Source: Bdellovibrionota bacterium
Lineage (GTDB): Bacteria > Bdellovibrionota_C > UBA2361 > JBIKUX01
Direction: 5' to 3'
NCBI GenBank assembly: GCA_044347345.1
Contig: JBIKUX010000001.1
Coordinates: forward strand, 32,001-96,000
DNA: 64,000 bases
This document shows positions 1 to 8,468 of the stretch, piece after piece. The position numbers were made by a program, and so were the translations under genes. Position 1 is the first letter of the stretch; every line of letters begins with the position of its first letter. Below the pieces are notes generated by a model. The model was given only the letters and a program-made list of their open reading frames with translations. It was not told where the DNA came from and did not search any database.

Positions 1-1
1 T

Positions 2-682
2 ATAGTAGAAAACCTTCCAGACTCCGTAGCATCTGCGCCAATAAATCCAAACGATCCGTTCTTTTCAAACAAAAACTATGGATCTTTAAATGTAAGAGCA
101 CTATTAAACAAAGATGCTTGCTCTTCCACATCAGATAAATACTTAGTACGCATTACAATCGACTTTTCCTCCGTTAATCGTGCGGTTCTTGGCTCTTCAA
201 TTACTATAAAAAGTAGACTGTTCACCGACGAATATAATGGGCGAACCTCCGCCTCGATTAAGCCTGAATCAGAAGGAAAGTTTTTTCCAAAGCCGTTAAT
301 TTTAATGAGTAGCTTGGGATGGAACGAATCAATATCAGTGAAACAGTGGAATAACGTAGCTCCGATTGGTCGCGGAGCAATACCCGTCAATGGTCGGGAT
401 AGAGTTTTTTGGCAAGGTTTAGTTTTAGCACGAGCGCCGATAGATAACTTACTCAGAGGTCGTAGCTCTATTGCAAGAAACTTTGCAACATCAAAACAAC
501 AGCAGCAACGTAGACGACGTCCAAGCAACAATAATAATAAAAAACCGACGTCATCAAATTCAAGTGGTAAAATCAAACCGGGAAAACGAGCTACATTTGA
601 ACTTTACACTCCTGATAAAGCATACGGAGTATGCCTCTCGGTAAAACGCTCGAGACAGCGAGTTAATGGGTATCCGGGCTAG
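2..682 (+). CDS. Hypothetical protein, 5'-truncated by the window edge
   Basis: Frame 2 is open from base 2 (IVENLPDSVASAPINPNDPFFS...) through the listed 305..682 ORF to the TAG ending at 682. No recognisable motif; basic low-complexity stretch near the C-terminus. Confidence 0.6.
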   Translation: MVENLPDSVASAPINPNDPFFSNKNYGSLNVRALLNKDACSSTSDKYLVRITIDFSSVNRAVLGSSITIKSRLFTDEYNGRTSASIKPESEGKFFPKPLILMSSLGWNESISVKQWNNVAPIGRGAIPVNGRDRVFWQGLVLARAPIDNLLRGRSSIARNFATSKQQQQRRRRPSNNNNKKPTSSNSSGKIKPGKRATFELYTPDKAYGVCLSVKRSRQRVNGYPG

Positions 683-689
683 AAATTAT

Positions 690-911
690 TTAATTATCTA
701 CACTTGGTGATTTTGTAGTAATTTCTTTTACTTTAGCTTTTACGCGGTCTAGAAGCTTTCTTGCCCATATAAACTCGGTACCAAGAACTGCAAGTCCTAT
801 AGGAATAACCACAAAAGCTGGTCCAGGAAGAACAAGTAAGGCTAAACCTATGGCAAGGATAGTGCCGCCTAACACCATCACTATTACTTTTCGAGCGGTT
901 TCAATTAGCAT
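690..911 (-). CDS. Small membrane protein, PGPGW-like family
   Basis: Two hydrophobic segments flanking LLVLPGPA, then LGTEFIWAR, the typical pattern of this family. Confidence 0.8.
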   Translation of the reverse strand: MLIETARKVIVMVLGGTILAIGLALLVLPGPAFVVIPIGLAVLGTEFIWARKLLDRVKAKVKEITTKSPSVDN

Positions 912-1572
912 GACAGTCTTTGCTCTTTCTCCAATCTAATAAAAGCGTAGCTACATTACTGGCCAGAGCGCCACCAAATTCTACTGGAGTTGGTATCCAT
1001 AAAGTATCTGCACCAAATTGCTTGGCGTATTCAATTAAAGAGTATGCTACATCAACTGATGAGGTCTCATTTTGCAAGTTAACCCCTATTCCACATCTCA
1101 GCCATCCTCCACGAGACTCAACCAACACACCAGCGACCTTTAGACCGCAATCTGAAAATAAAATATCGTTAGGCCATTTTACTCGCAATTGAAATCTTTT
1201 CTTACAGGGAATAAAGGATTCAATAGTAGCAAGCACTACTTGACCAATAGTAAGAGTTACCCCTTGCCATAACGCGTAAGTATTAGAGGTGCCGCTATTG
1301 CTGGTAGGTAACTCAGAAAAAAGTGGCACATAGAATGTGCCCCAAAAGCCCCCAGGGGGTGATATCCAAAGCTTTCCGTGCGTGCCCCGCCCTCCTGATT
1401 GACTTTCTGCCATTACTAGAGATACCGCATCGTACGGATGAGCCCCTTGTGGAGGATTATCCATAGTTGAAGATATACTCTTATAACATTCGACTTTAAA
1501 TAAAACAGGAGCAGATTCAGAAAGAAACTTTTCCCACAGGTGTAGACGTTTTGGAGCACATGCATCATCCAT
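901..1572 (-). CDS. birA: Biotin--protein ligase (BirA-like, no HTH domain)
   Basis: QSGGRGTHGKLWISPPGG (GRGR-like loop), KWPND, KVAGVLVE, GIGVN motifs. Confidence 0.85.
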   Translation of the reverse strand: MDDACAPKRLHLWEKFLSESAPVLFKVECYKSISSTMDNPPQGAHPYDAVSLVMAESQSGGRGTHGKLWISPPGGFWGTFYVPLFSELPTSNSGTSNTYALWQGVTLTIGQVVLATIESFIPCKKRFQLRVKWPNDILFSDCGLKVAGVLVESRGGWLRCGIGVNLQNETSSVDVAYSLIEYAKQFGADTLWIPTPVEFGGALASNVATLLLDWRKSKDCHAN

Positions 1573-1607
1573 CTTAGAAACATCCTAAGGGAAACAGCTC
1601 TACAGAA

Positions 1608-2495
1608 TTAAATCTTTTTCTCAAATTTTACGCGAGCAGAGATATCAACCGACCTTACGTTGGTAGTTAAAGAACCCATTGATACATACTTTATCCCAAG
1701 CTCTGAAATAGCCGTAAGTCTAGAATCAGAGGTAACACCACCAGATACCTCAACTACAGGTGATGATGATGATGGTGTCTTAAGACGAGCTATTTCATCC
1801 ATACAGGCTCTTATTGTATGGTCATCCATATTGTCTAAGAGAATAAAATCAGGAGAACCTGCCAAAACTATTTGCAACTCAGCAAGAGAGCGTACTTCAC
1901 ATTCAATAGGAGTATGCCAAGGCTTTCTAGCTCTTATTCTTTCAAAAAAAACTCTAGATTTTTCCGCATCAGTCACCCCCGCAGCGTCTAAATGATTATT
2001 CTTAATGAGAATCATATCTCCCAAAGATAACCTATGGTTAGTGCCACCGCCAATTAAAACTGCATACTTTTCAAGCACACGCCACCCTGGTGTTGTCTTA
2101 CGAGTATCGAGAAGATGCAACTTAGGATGCTTGAGTTTAAGCTGATGAACTTTAGTTGAAATACCGCTAAGTCGTTGCAAAAAATTAAGCCAAATACGCT
2201 CAAGAGAGAGAAGCCACTGCATCGAACCCTCTACTATAACCAAAGGTTCCATTTCACTACACACAGTACCATCAACAACTTTTGGGCTTATTGCGAGATT
2301 AGCTCCCACTTGATTAGCTATTCGCTCTATTAGAGTGATACCACAGACTACTAAACTCTCACGAGCGATTAATACCATGCTACCGCTTGCTGCCGAATCA
2401 ATAGCAAGAGCAGATGTAAGATCTCCAAGACCAAGGTCTTCTTGAATCGCAATCTTAATGAGATCATCAACCGTAGGTGACGCTAAATACGACAT
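1608..2495 (-). CDS. nadC: Nicotinate-nucleotide pyrophosphorylase (quinolinate phosphoribosyltransferase)
   Basis: EDLGLGDLTS, ERIWLNFLQRLSGI, DTRKTTPGWR, NHRLSL, ILLDN, EVSGGV motifs. Confidence 0.95.
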   Translation of the reverse strand: MSYLASPTVDDLIKIAIQEDLGLGDLTSALAIDSAASGSMVLIARESLVVCGITLIERIANQVGANLAISPKVVDGTVCSEMEPLVIVEGSMQWLLSLERIWLNFLQRLSGISTKVHQLKLKHPKLHLLDTRKTTPGWRVLEKYAVLIGGGTNHRLSLGDMILIKNNHLDAAGVTDAEKSRVFFERIRARKPWHTPIECEVRSLAELQIVLAGSPDFILLDNMDDHTIRACMDEIARLKTPSSSSPVVEVSGGVTSDSRLTAISELGIKYVSMGSLTTNVRSVDISARVKFEKKI

Positions 2496-2644
2496 AAACT
2501 ACAAACTCCTAAGGCTACACAACACCTTAACTATCTTTTCAGTAGAATGTAGCACTTCATAACAACTCTGTTTATAGCAAGTGATGTAATATTCTGACTA
2601 ACGCTGTAATCAGAAAATCTGACCAGAAAGATATAGACTTTAGG

Positions 2645-3676
2645 TTACCGTTCTCTTACAGCTACTTCAACCGCACCAGCTTCAGCTTGTGATAGCTTAA
2701 TCTTGACAGGGTAAAATTCCTTACACAATCCGATAACGCTTCGCGCAGTATCATTTAAGCCAGTTGCCACGAATGTTCCCCCACCAGCGGCGCACATAAC
2801 AGGTAACAGGATATGAGCGGCAGAATCGGTAACCGGAGCTTGAGAGGCAAGATAACTTTCAGCTTCTTTAGCAACCCCTTCAGCTATATCAGATAACGAC
2901 TTACCTTCAGTAACATAACCGGTAAATGCCTGCACTACAAATTCGCTTTCAAGCTCAATCACCACTGTATCCATAGAATCAAAACTTGCGGGTAAAAGCG
3001 ATATATTTAAAGCACCATCATCACAACCAGTAGCTTCTCGCAGAGTTAATTTGACTGTTTCTTGTGACTCAAAGTTTAATGAGCGAACCATAGCTATAAC
3101 ACGCTTGGCTCGTAATTTTCCCCGCTCTGCAAGATGATATCGTTTAATAAATTGGCTACCTTCTGTGGCAAGGCTAACCTTACCTACTCCACGAGGAGCA
3201 AATCCGGCTTGATGTAAGGTGAGATTCAAATCAAGCCCACCTGAGCGATAAAGCGGCAATACTACCCGATTAAAGTAGTCGTATGAAGGACCATCAGATT
3301 GATGGGTAGCTCCAAAAACTGTGACCTGAGATGATGAGTGAGCTAAACATAGGGGCAGAACTACACTTTCAATTACCTCAAATACATTTCCGGCAGTTCC
3401 TACACTAAATGTATACTTTCCAGATTTAAGCTCTTTTGGATAAAACTTAAAACAGGTTCGACCAAGCTCAACCCCCTCGCAATGACCTCTACTTACGGCA
3501 ACAGCGAGGTCAAGCATTGTAATGTGCCTTCGTTGTAAACCAGGACGTACCGAATTAACGAGAAAATTCTCGACAATTAACGGTCTACCAGTCAAAAGAG
3601 ACAAAGATACAGCAGTACGAACTACAGCTTCAGCGTCAGCTATCTCTAAAGCATTAATGAATACTGCTGAACTCAT
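2645..3676 (-). CDS. RNA 3'-terminal phosphate cyclase (RtcA)-like protein with degenerate active site
   Basis: Colinear with RtcA: RTAVSLSLLTGRP, RPGLQRRH, GTAGN, GATH...PSYDY, GFAPRGVGKV. The GEGGGQ loop, the DQ pair and the catalytic His region are substituted. Confidence 0.85.
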   Translation of the reverse strand: MSSAVFINALEIADAEAVVRTAVSLSLLTGRPLIVENFLVNSVRPGLQRRHITMLDLAVAVSRGHCEGVELGRTCFKFYPKELKSGKYTFSVGTAGNVFEVIESVVLPLCLAHSSSQVTVFGATHQSDGPSYDYFNRVVLPLYRSGGLDLNLTLHQAGFAPRGVGKVSLATEGSQFIKRYHLAERGKLRAKRVIAMVRSLNFESQETVKLTLREATGCDDGALNISLLPASFDSMDTVVIELESEFVVQAFTGYVTEGKSLSDIAEGVAKEAESYLASQAPVTDSAAHILLPVMCAAGGGTFVATGLNDTARSVIGLCKEFYPVKIKLSQAEAGAVEVAVRER

Positions 3677-3781
3677 GTGTCTTTTTTGCGACCTAAGATA
3701 TTACTGTTTGGATGCGAACTATTTAAAAAGGTCGGCTAACGAATGGTACAAGTTTACTCGAACTTCAAAATGAAATGATGT

Positions 3782-6700
3782 TTAGTAGAAAAAAAGCGCG
3801 GAACGACCCAAAAGCTGCTCACTTTCCTCGATTAGTGCCTCACTAGCTTCGACCCTAATTGTTTCCAAGCCATTTCTCAAAACAAGAGAGCGACCCTTAC
3901 CAAGAAAATCACCGATGACTAAAACAGAACAAGTGCCCTGATATTTTGCAAATAGCTGAGCTAAGGCCGAAAGCACTTCAGGCGGATCAGTTTCTCTTAA
4001 TTCTAAGCGCCCGATTCGAGATGAACGGGATCTAACTGCCGCAAACAACTCTATATTCTCAACAATTAGAGCTGTTCTTTCCTCCGAAATTTCTGCTTTA
4101 CCCTGCACAATAATAGGCTCTTCTGAACCTAAAAGTTGATGTACTTGCTGATAGATATCTGGCCAAACTACACTCTCAATAGTTCCATCGTAATCTTCCA
4201 ATAGAAACGAAGCATAACGGCCTCCCTTCTTAGTATTCTTAAGCTTTAGCGCAGTAACCATTCCGCCTATGCTTACTTTGTCACGAGGCTCTCCCTCGCG
4301 AACCTGAGCAGTAGTACGAAGACCGAGCCGAGGAATATCCTTCTTATACCGTTCGAGCGGATGTCCTGAAATGTAAAAACCGAGAGCTTCCTTCTCGAAA
4401 GCAAGTTTTACCTTTAATGACCACTCACTCAAATTCGACGTACGTAAAGTTAAAGCTAATGCTGACCCCTCTCCTTGACCACCAAACAATGACATTTGAC
4501 TAGATTCAGCATCTCTGCGATGCACTTGCGCGAGAGAAATAGACTCCTCTAAGCCCTCAAACAAGTCGCGACGAGTCTTGCCAAAATCATCAAATGCTCC
4601 GGATTTTATTAAACATTCAAAAGCTCTTTTATTGATAGCTCGAAGATCCGCTCCTTCGAGAAAATTCTCATAAGACGAAAAAGACCCTGTCTGCTCTCGC
4701 TGTGATAAGATTGCTTGAACTACTTTCTCACCAACTCCCTTAATTGCCTCAAGACCATATCTAATACCTCCCTGCTCTACTCTAAAAGACGCGCCACTAT
4801 GATTGATTGAAGGAGGGAGTATGGCGATACCTTGATTGCGACATTCATTGAGATTCTTGAGCGTTTTATCACTATCACTCATTTCAAAAGTCATTAGTGC
4901 GGTCATAAACTCAACAGGATAATGCGCCTTTAAATAAGCAGTTTGAAATGAGATCAAAGCATAAGCTACAGAATGGCTACGATTAAAACCATATCTGGCG
5001 AAGGTCTCCATTTGACCAAAAATATCCTCAGCCAAACTTATACTAATATCTCGCTCGCAAGCTCCAGCTACAAAACGCTCTTTTTGTTTAGCCATCTCCT
5101 CGGGCTTCTTCTTACCCATTGCACGTCTAAGCATATCAGCCTCTGCAAGCGAATAACCTGCAAGATCTCTTGCAAGCTGCATAATCTGCTCTTGATACAA
5201 AATAATTCCATAAGTATCACTGAGTACCGACTCCATCAAAGGATGGAGATATGTTACAGGCTCGCGTCCGTGCTTACGCTCTATATAATGGTCAACCATA
5301 CCCGCATCTAGCGGACCAGGACGATATAGCGCTAAAATAGCGACCAAATCATCAAAACAACTCGGCTTTAGCCTAATTGTCATCTCGGTTATTCCAGTTG
5401 ATTCAAGCTGAAATACTCCTACCGTATTTCCTGAACTGACAAGTGAGTATGTCTTAGAATCCTCTAGCGGAAGATGCTCCAATTGTAGCTTTTGCCCTTT
5501 TGTCTCATTAACAAGTTTCACCGCTTCATGAAGAACTGAGAGAGTTTTTAAACCAAGAAAATCAAACTTTACTAAACCTACTTTTTCAACATAACTCATA
5601 GCGTACTGAGTAACGTCATTTCCGTCTTTATCCTCCATCATAGGTAAAAGCTCAGTTAATGGACGATCACCAATAACAACGCCAGCGGCATGAGTAGAGG
5701 AATGACGAGTAAGGCCTTCGAGTTTAAGAGCCAGAGAAATTAATTCTTTTCCCTCACCTTCAGCATACTCCTTTAAGCGAGGCTCCATTCTAAGAGCCTC
5801 TGAGAGAGGATAATCAAATCCTTGTCGTGGAGCTGGAATTAGTTGCGCTATGCGATCCATTTCAGCGTAGGGCTTACCTAGTGCTCTCCCTACATCTTTT
5901 ACTGCGGCCTTGGCCTTCAAGGTACCAAAAGTTGCTATCTGTGCTACTCGATCTTTTCCGTATTTTTCACTGACATACCGAAGCACTCTCTCTCTACCAA
6001 AAATACAAAAATCGACATCAATATCTGGTAAACTAATCCTATCTGGATTCAGAAATCTTTCAAATAAGAGCTTATTTACAATAGGGTCAACATCAGTAAT
6101 CCTCATGGCATAAGCAACTAAAGAACCAGCTGCACTTCCACGCCCAGGACCAACAGGAACACCATTTTCTTTAGCCCAAACTATAAAATCGGAAACTACC
6201 AAAAAGTAGCTAGAAAAGCCCATTTTTTGGATAAGAGCTATCTCAAGTTCGAGACGATCACGATATTCCTCGATAGTTCTATCCTTAGGGATACCTGATA
6301 CCATTCGCCTGTCCAGCCCACTGCGAGCTTGCTTGGCCATTAATTCGTCGTGCTCATTATCTGAGCTTTCACTGAATCTTGGCATGTAATAACGATTAAA
6401 ATCAAAATCTAAACTACACTTATTAGCAATAGCTACAGAATTTGATAGGCTCTCTTCAATCTGAGGGAAATCGGCAAATTCCTCTCGCATTTCATCACAA
6501 CTTTTCAGAAATAAGGTAATATTTTCATGACGTATTCGATTTGGATCTAGTACTGTCTTACCGGTAGCAATACACATCAAAACTTCTTGAGCATAATGAT
6601 CATCTCTGTTGCAATAATGGCAGTCAGTAGTAGCAATCAAAGGTATCCCTAAATCACGACTAAGCTCAAAACAAGCTTGATTCAAACGACGCTGTTCTGA

Positions 6701-7243
6701 GATTGGATGCGGTTGAATCTCTAGGTAACATCTGTCCGGAAAATGCTTTGCGTAAAACTCCATCAGCGAGCGAGCTGATTTGTAATCACCCCGCTCAACA
6801 GCGTGATTAAGCTCACCAGCTAGGCAGCCTGTAAGAATAATTAGACCACTCGAATATTGAGATAAAAGTTCATGATCAACTCTTGGCTTATAATAAAAGC
6901 CCTCCTTATAAGCTAAACTAACTAGTCGACATAGATTTTGGTATCCCTCATAGCTTTGAGCTAAAACAGTTAGATGGAAGTTAGGCGATCCGCCCGCTTG
7001 CACGGAACGTCGGTCTAAGCGAGAACCCCCTGTTACGTAGAGTTCACAGCCAATTATAGGCTGAATGCCAACTTTTTTGGCTGTCTCATAAAACTCTATA
7101 GCACCATGAAGATTACCATGGTCTGTCATCGCTATAGCGGGTTGACCGAGAGAGAAAGCTCGTTCAACGATATCTTTTATTTTGTTGGCTCCGTCTAGAA
7201 GACTGTATTGAGTATGAAGATGAAGATGACAAAACGACCCCAT
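3782..7243 (-). CDS. dnaE: DNA polymerase III alpha subunit
   Basis: PHP motifs HLHLHTQYSLLDG, TDHGN, TDCHY; GRGSAAGS; PDIDVDF; KFDFLGL; YGFNRSHS; clamp motif QMSLF; C-terminal OB fold. Confidence 0.98.
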   Translation of the reverse strand: MGSFCHLHLHTQYSLLDGANKIKDIVERAFSLGQPAIAMTDHGNLHGAIEFYETAKKVGIQPIIGCELYVTGGSRLDRRSVQAGGSPNFHLTVLAQSYEGYQNLCRLVSLAYKEGFYYKPRVDHELLSQYSSGLIILTGCLAGELNHAVERGDYKSARSLMEFYAKHFPDRCYLEIQPHPISEQRRLNQACFELSRDLGIPLIATTDCHYCNRDDHYAQEVLMCIATGKTVLDPNRIRHENITLFLKSCDEMREEFADFPQIEESLSNSVAIANKCSLDFDFNRYYMPRFSESSDNEHDELMAKQARSGLDRRMVSGIPKDRTIEEYRDRLELEIALIQKMGFSSYFLVVSDFIVWAKENGVPVGPGRGSAAGSLVAYAMRITDVDPIVNKLLFERFLNPDRISLPDIDVDFCIFGRERVLRYVSEKYGKDRVAQIATFGTLKAKAAVKDVGRALGKPYAEMDRIAQLIPAPRQGFDYPLSEALRMEPRLKEYAEGEGKELISLALKLEGLTRHSSTHAAGVVIGDRPLTELLPMMEDKDGNDVTQYAMSYVEKVGLVKFDFLGLKTLSVLHEAVKLVNETKGQKLQLEHLPLEDSKTYSLVSSGNTVGVFQLESTGITEMTIRLKPSCFDDLVAILALYRPGPLDAGMVDHYIERKHGREPVTYLHPLMESVLSDTYGIILYQEQIMQLARDLAGYSLAEADMLRRAMGKKKPEEMAKQKERFVAGACERDISISLAEDIFGQMETFARYGFNRSHSVAYALISFQTAYLKAHYPVEFMTALMTFEMSDSDKTLKNLNECRNQGIAILPPSINHSGASFRVEQGGIRYGLEAIKGVGEKVVQAILSQREQTGSFSSYENFLEGADLRAINKRAFECLIKSGAFDDFGKTRRDLFEGLEESISLAQVHRRDAESSQMSLFGGQGEGSALALTLRTSNLSEWSLKVKLAFEKEALGFYISGHPLERYKKDIPRLGLRTTAQVREGEPRDKVSIGGMVTALKLKNTKKGGRYASFLLEDYDGTIESVVWPDIYQQVHQLLGSEEPIIVQGKAEISEERTALIVENIELFAAVRSRSSRIGRLELRETDPPEVLSALAQLFAKYQGTCSVLVIGDFLGKGRSLVLRNGLETIRVEASEALIEESEQLLGRSALFFY

Positions 7244-7393
7244 AACAAAAAACTACTTAAATCTAAGAGATGAAACTAGATACTACTACAGAAACTTTTT
7301 TGTTAAAAAGGAGGCCGTGATGTTTCACTAACCACAGATACTTATTTTACCCGTGAGGTTTAACTTACCGAATGCTATTTACCGACTTAAAGG

Positions 7394-8188
7394 TTATGTG
7401 GTTATTCTCTTTACAAGCTCTTGTATTCCTGAAAATCCGGCAGAGCTTAGCTTTACCTTAGAGCTTCTGCTTCCCACCTGAGCTAAGGCGTTAGCGTTTG
7501 AAAAACTAAAGAGTGAAAACTTAAGGTTAGGCCATTTTCGAGAAAAAAACCTGGCAGAGTCTCCATAAGATAAATCAAAAGCCCTGAAACCATATCTTTC
7601 AACCAAAAACGGCAAGGTAGCCAGACGATTAGGAGTCTTATCTATTCTGCTCGGGAAAATCGCCCCACCACGCTCTTCAACCTCATTTACAATAGAATCA
7701 AAAGGACGTGGTACAATGAAATCATCGTTAAACGCGGCCTCTGGAGGAACTCCTAATGCAGTTAAGAACTCAGATACATTTTCAGCTGCTCTATTTTCTG
7801 AAAACAAGCATGTAACAATCAAGTTATCACAGTTGTTTAGGGAGGTACGGAGCTCAACTCCTGGAATAACGGTTAATTGTGTCCCACGCGCCGCGTTTAT
7901 TATGGAGTCCAGAGAAAATCCGGTATTACGATCAGTTACAGCAATGATATCTATACCTTTAACAATTGCGAGTCGTACTAGTGCAGGAGCAGCTTGCAAT
8001 CCTGACAAGGGAGAATTGCCTATTAAAGATAATGGAGTCCTTACTTTCAGATCCAAAACGTAACTTTTAAGTCGAGATTTTGATATCTCAATTTTCTTGA
8101 CTAGCAAATCTTCTTCAACAGTACCAGCAACTCGAACATCATTGTTTGGTTTCGAAATATTGGTTGACTTAGCCTGTTCAGTAGTCAT
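7394..8188 (-). CDS. Standalone PHP-domain protein lacking metal-binding histidines
   Basis: PHP framework DLKVRTP / GIDIIAVTDRN / VIPGVEL / FPSRID / SNAN matches consensus DLHxHT / AITDHN / GxE / AH / SDAH with His substitutions. Confidence 0.8.
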   Translation of the reverse strand: MTTEQAKSTNISKPNNDVRVAGTVEEDLLVKKIEISKSRLKSYVLDLKVRTPLSLIGNSPLSGLQAAPALVRLAIVKGIDIIAVTDRNTGFSLDSIINAARGTQLTVIPGVELRTSLNNCDNLIVTCLFSENRAAENVSEFLTALGVPPEAAFNDDFIVPRPFDSIVNEVEERGGAIFPSRIDKTPNRLATLPFLVERYGFRAFDLSYGDSARFFSRKWPNLKFSLFSFSNANALAQVGSRSSKVKLSSAGFSGIQELVKRITT

Positions 8189-8468
8189 GTTGCAAAAAAA
8201 CGCTCCATCTATTGCACACTTTTTTACCGTCGCAGTAACTTTTAATCTAAAAAAGTCCCCGCCCCTTCTATTAGAAGCCTAATAAAGCTGCAAAGATTCC
8301 AAGCCAATCAATTAATTAACAAAAAAATTAAAAAAATGGTTGTTGATATTTTAAATCCTAACCTTTGATGCTTGGGCTATCCCACCGTAACCTGTAAATT
8401 ATAAGGAAACTAAACTTTTCAGCCTTCAGACGATTTAATACTGAAAAGATTTGAAGCGAGTACACTTT

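Noticed and set aside
76-576. 166-aa minus-strand ORF
   Set aside because: Antisense shadow of the longer plus-strand frame open from base 2 to 682; its Leu/Cys runs mirror the Asn/Gln runs.
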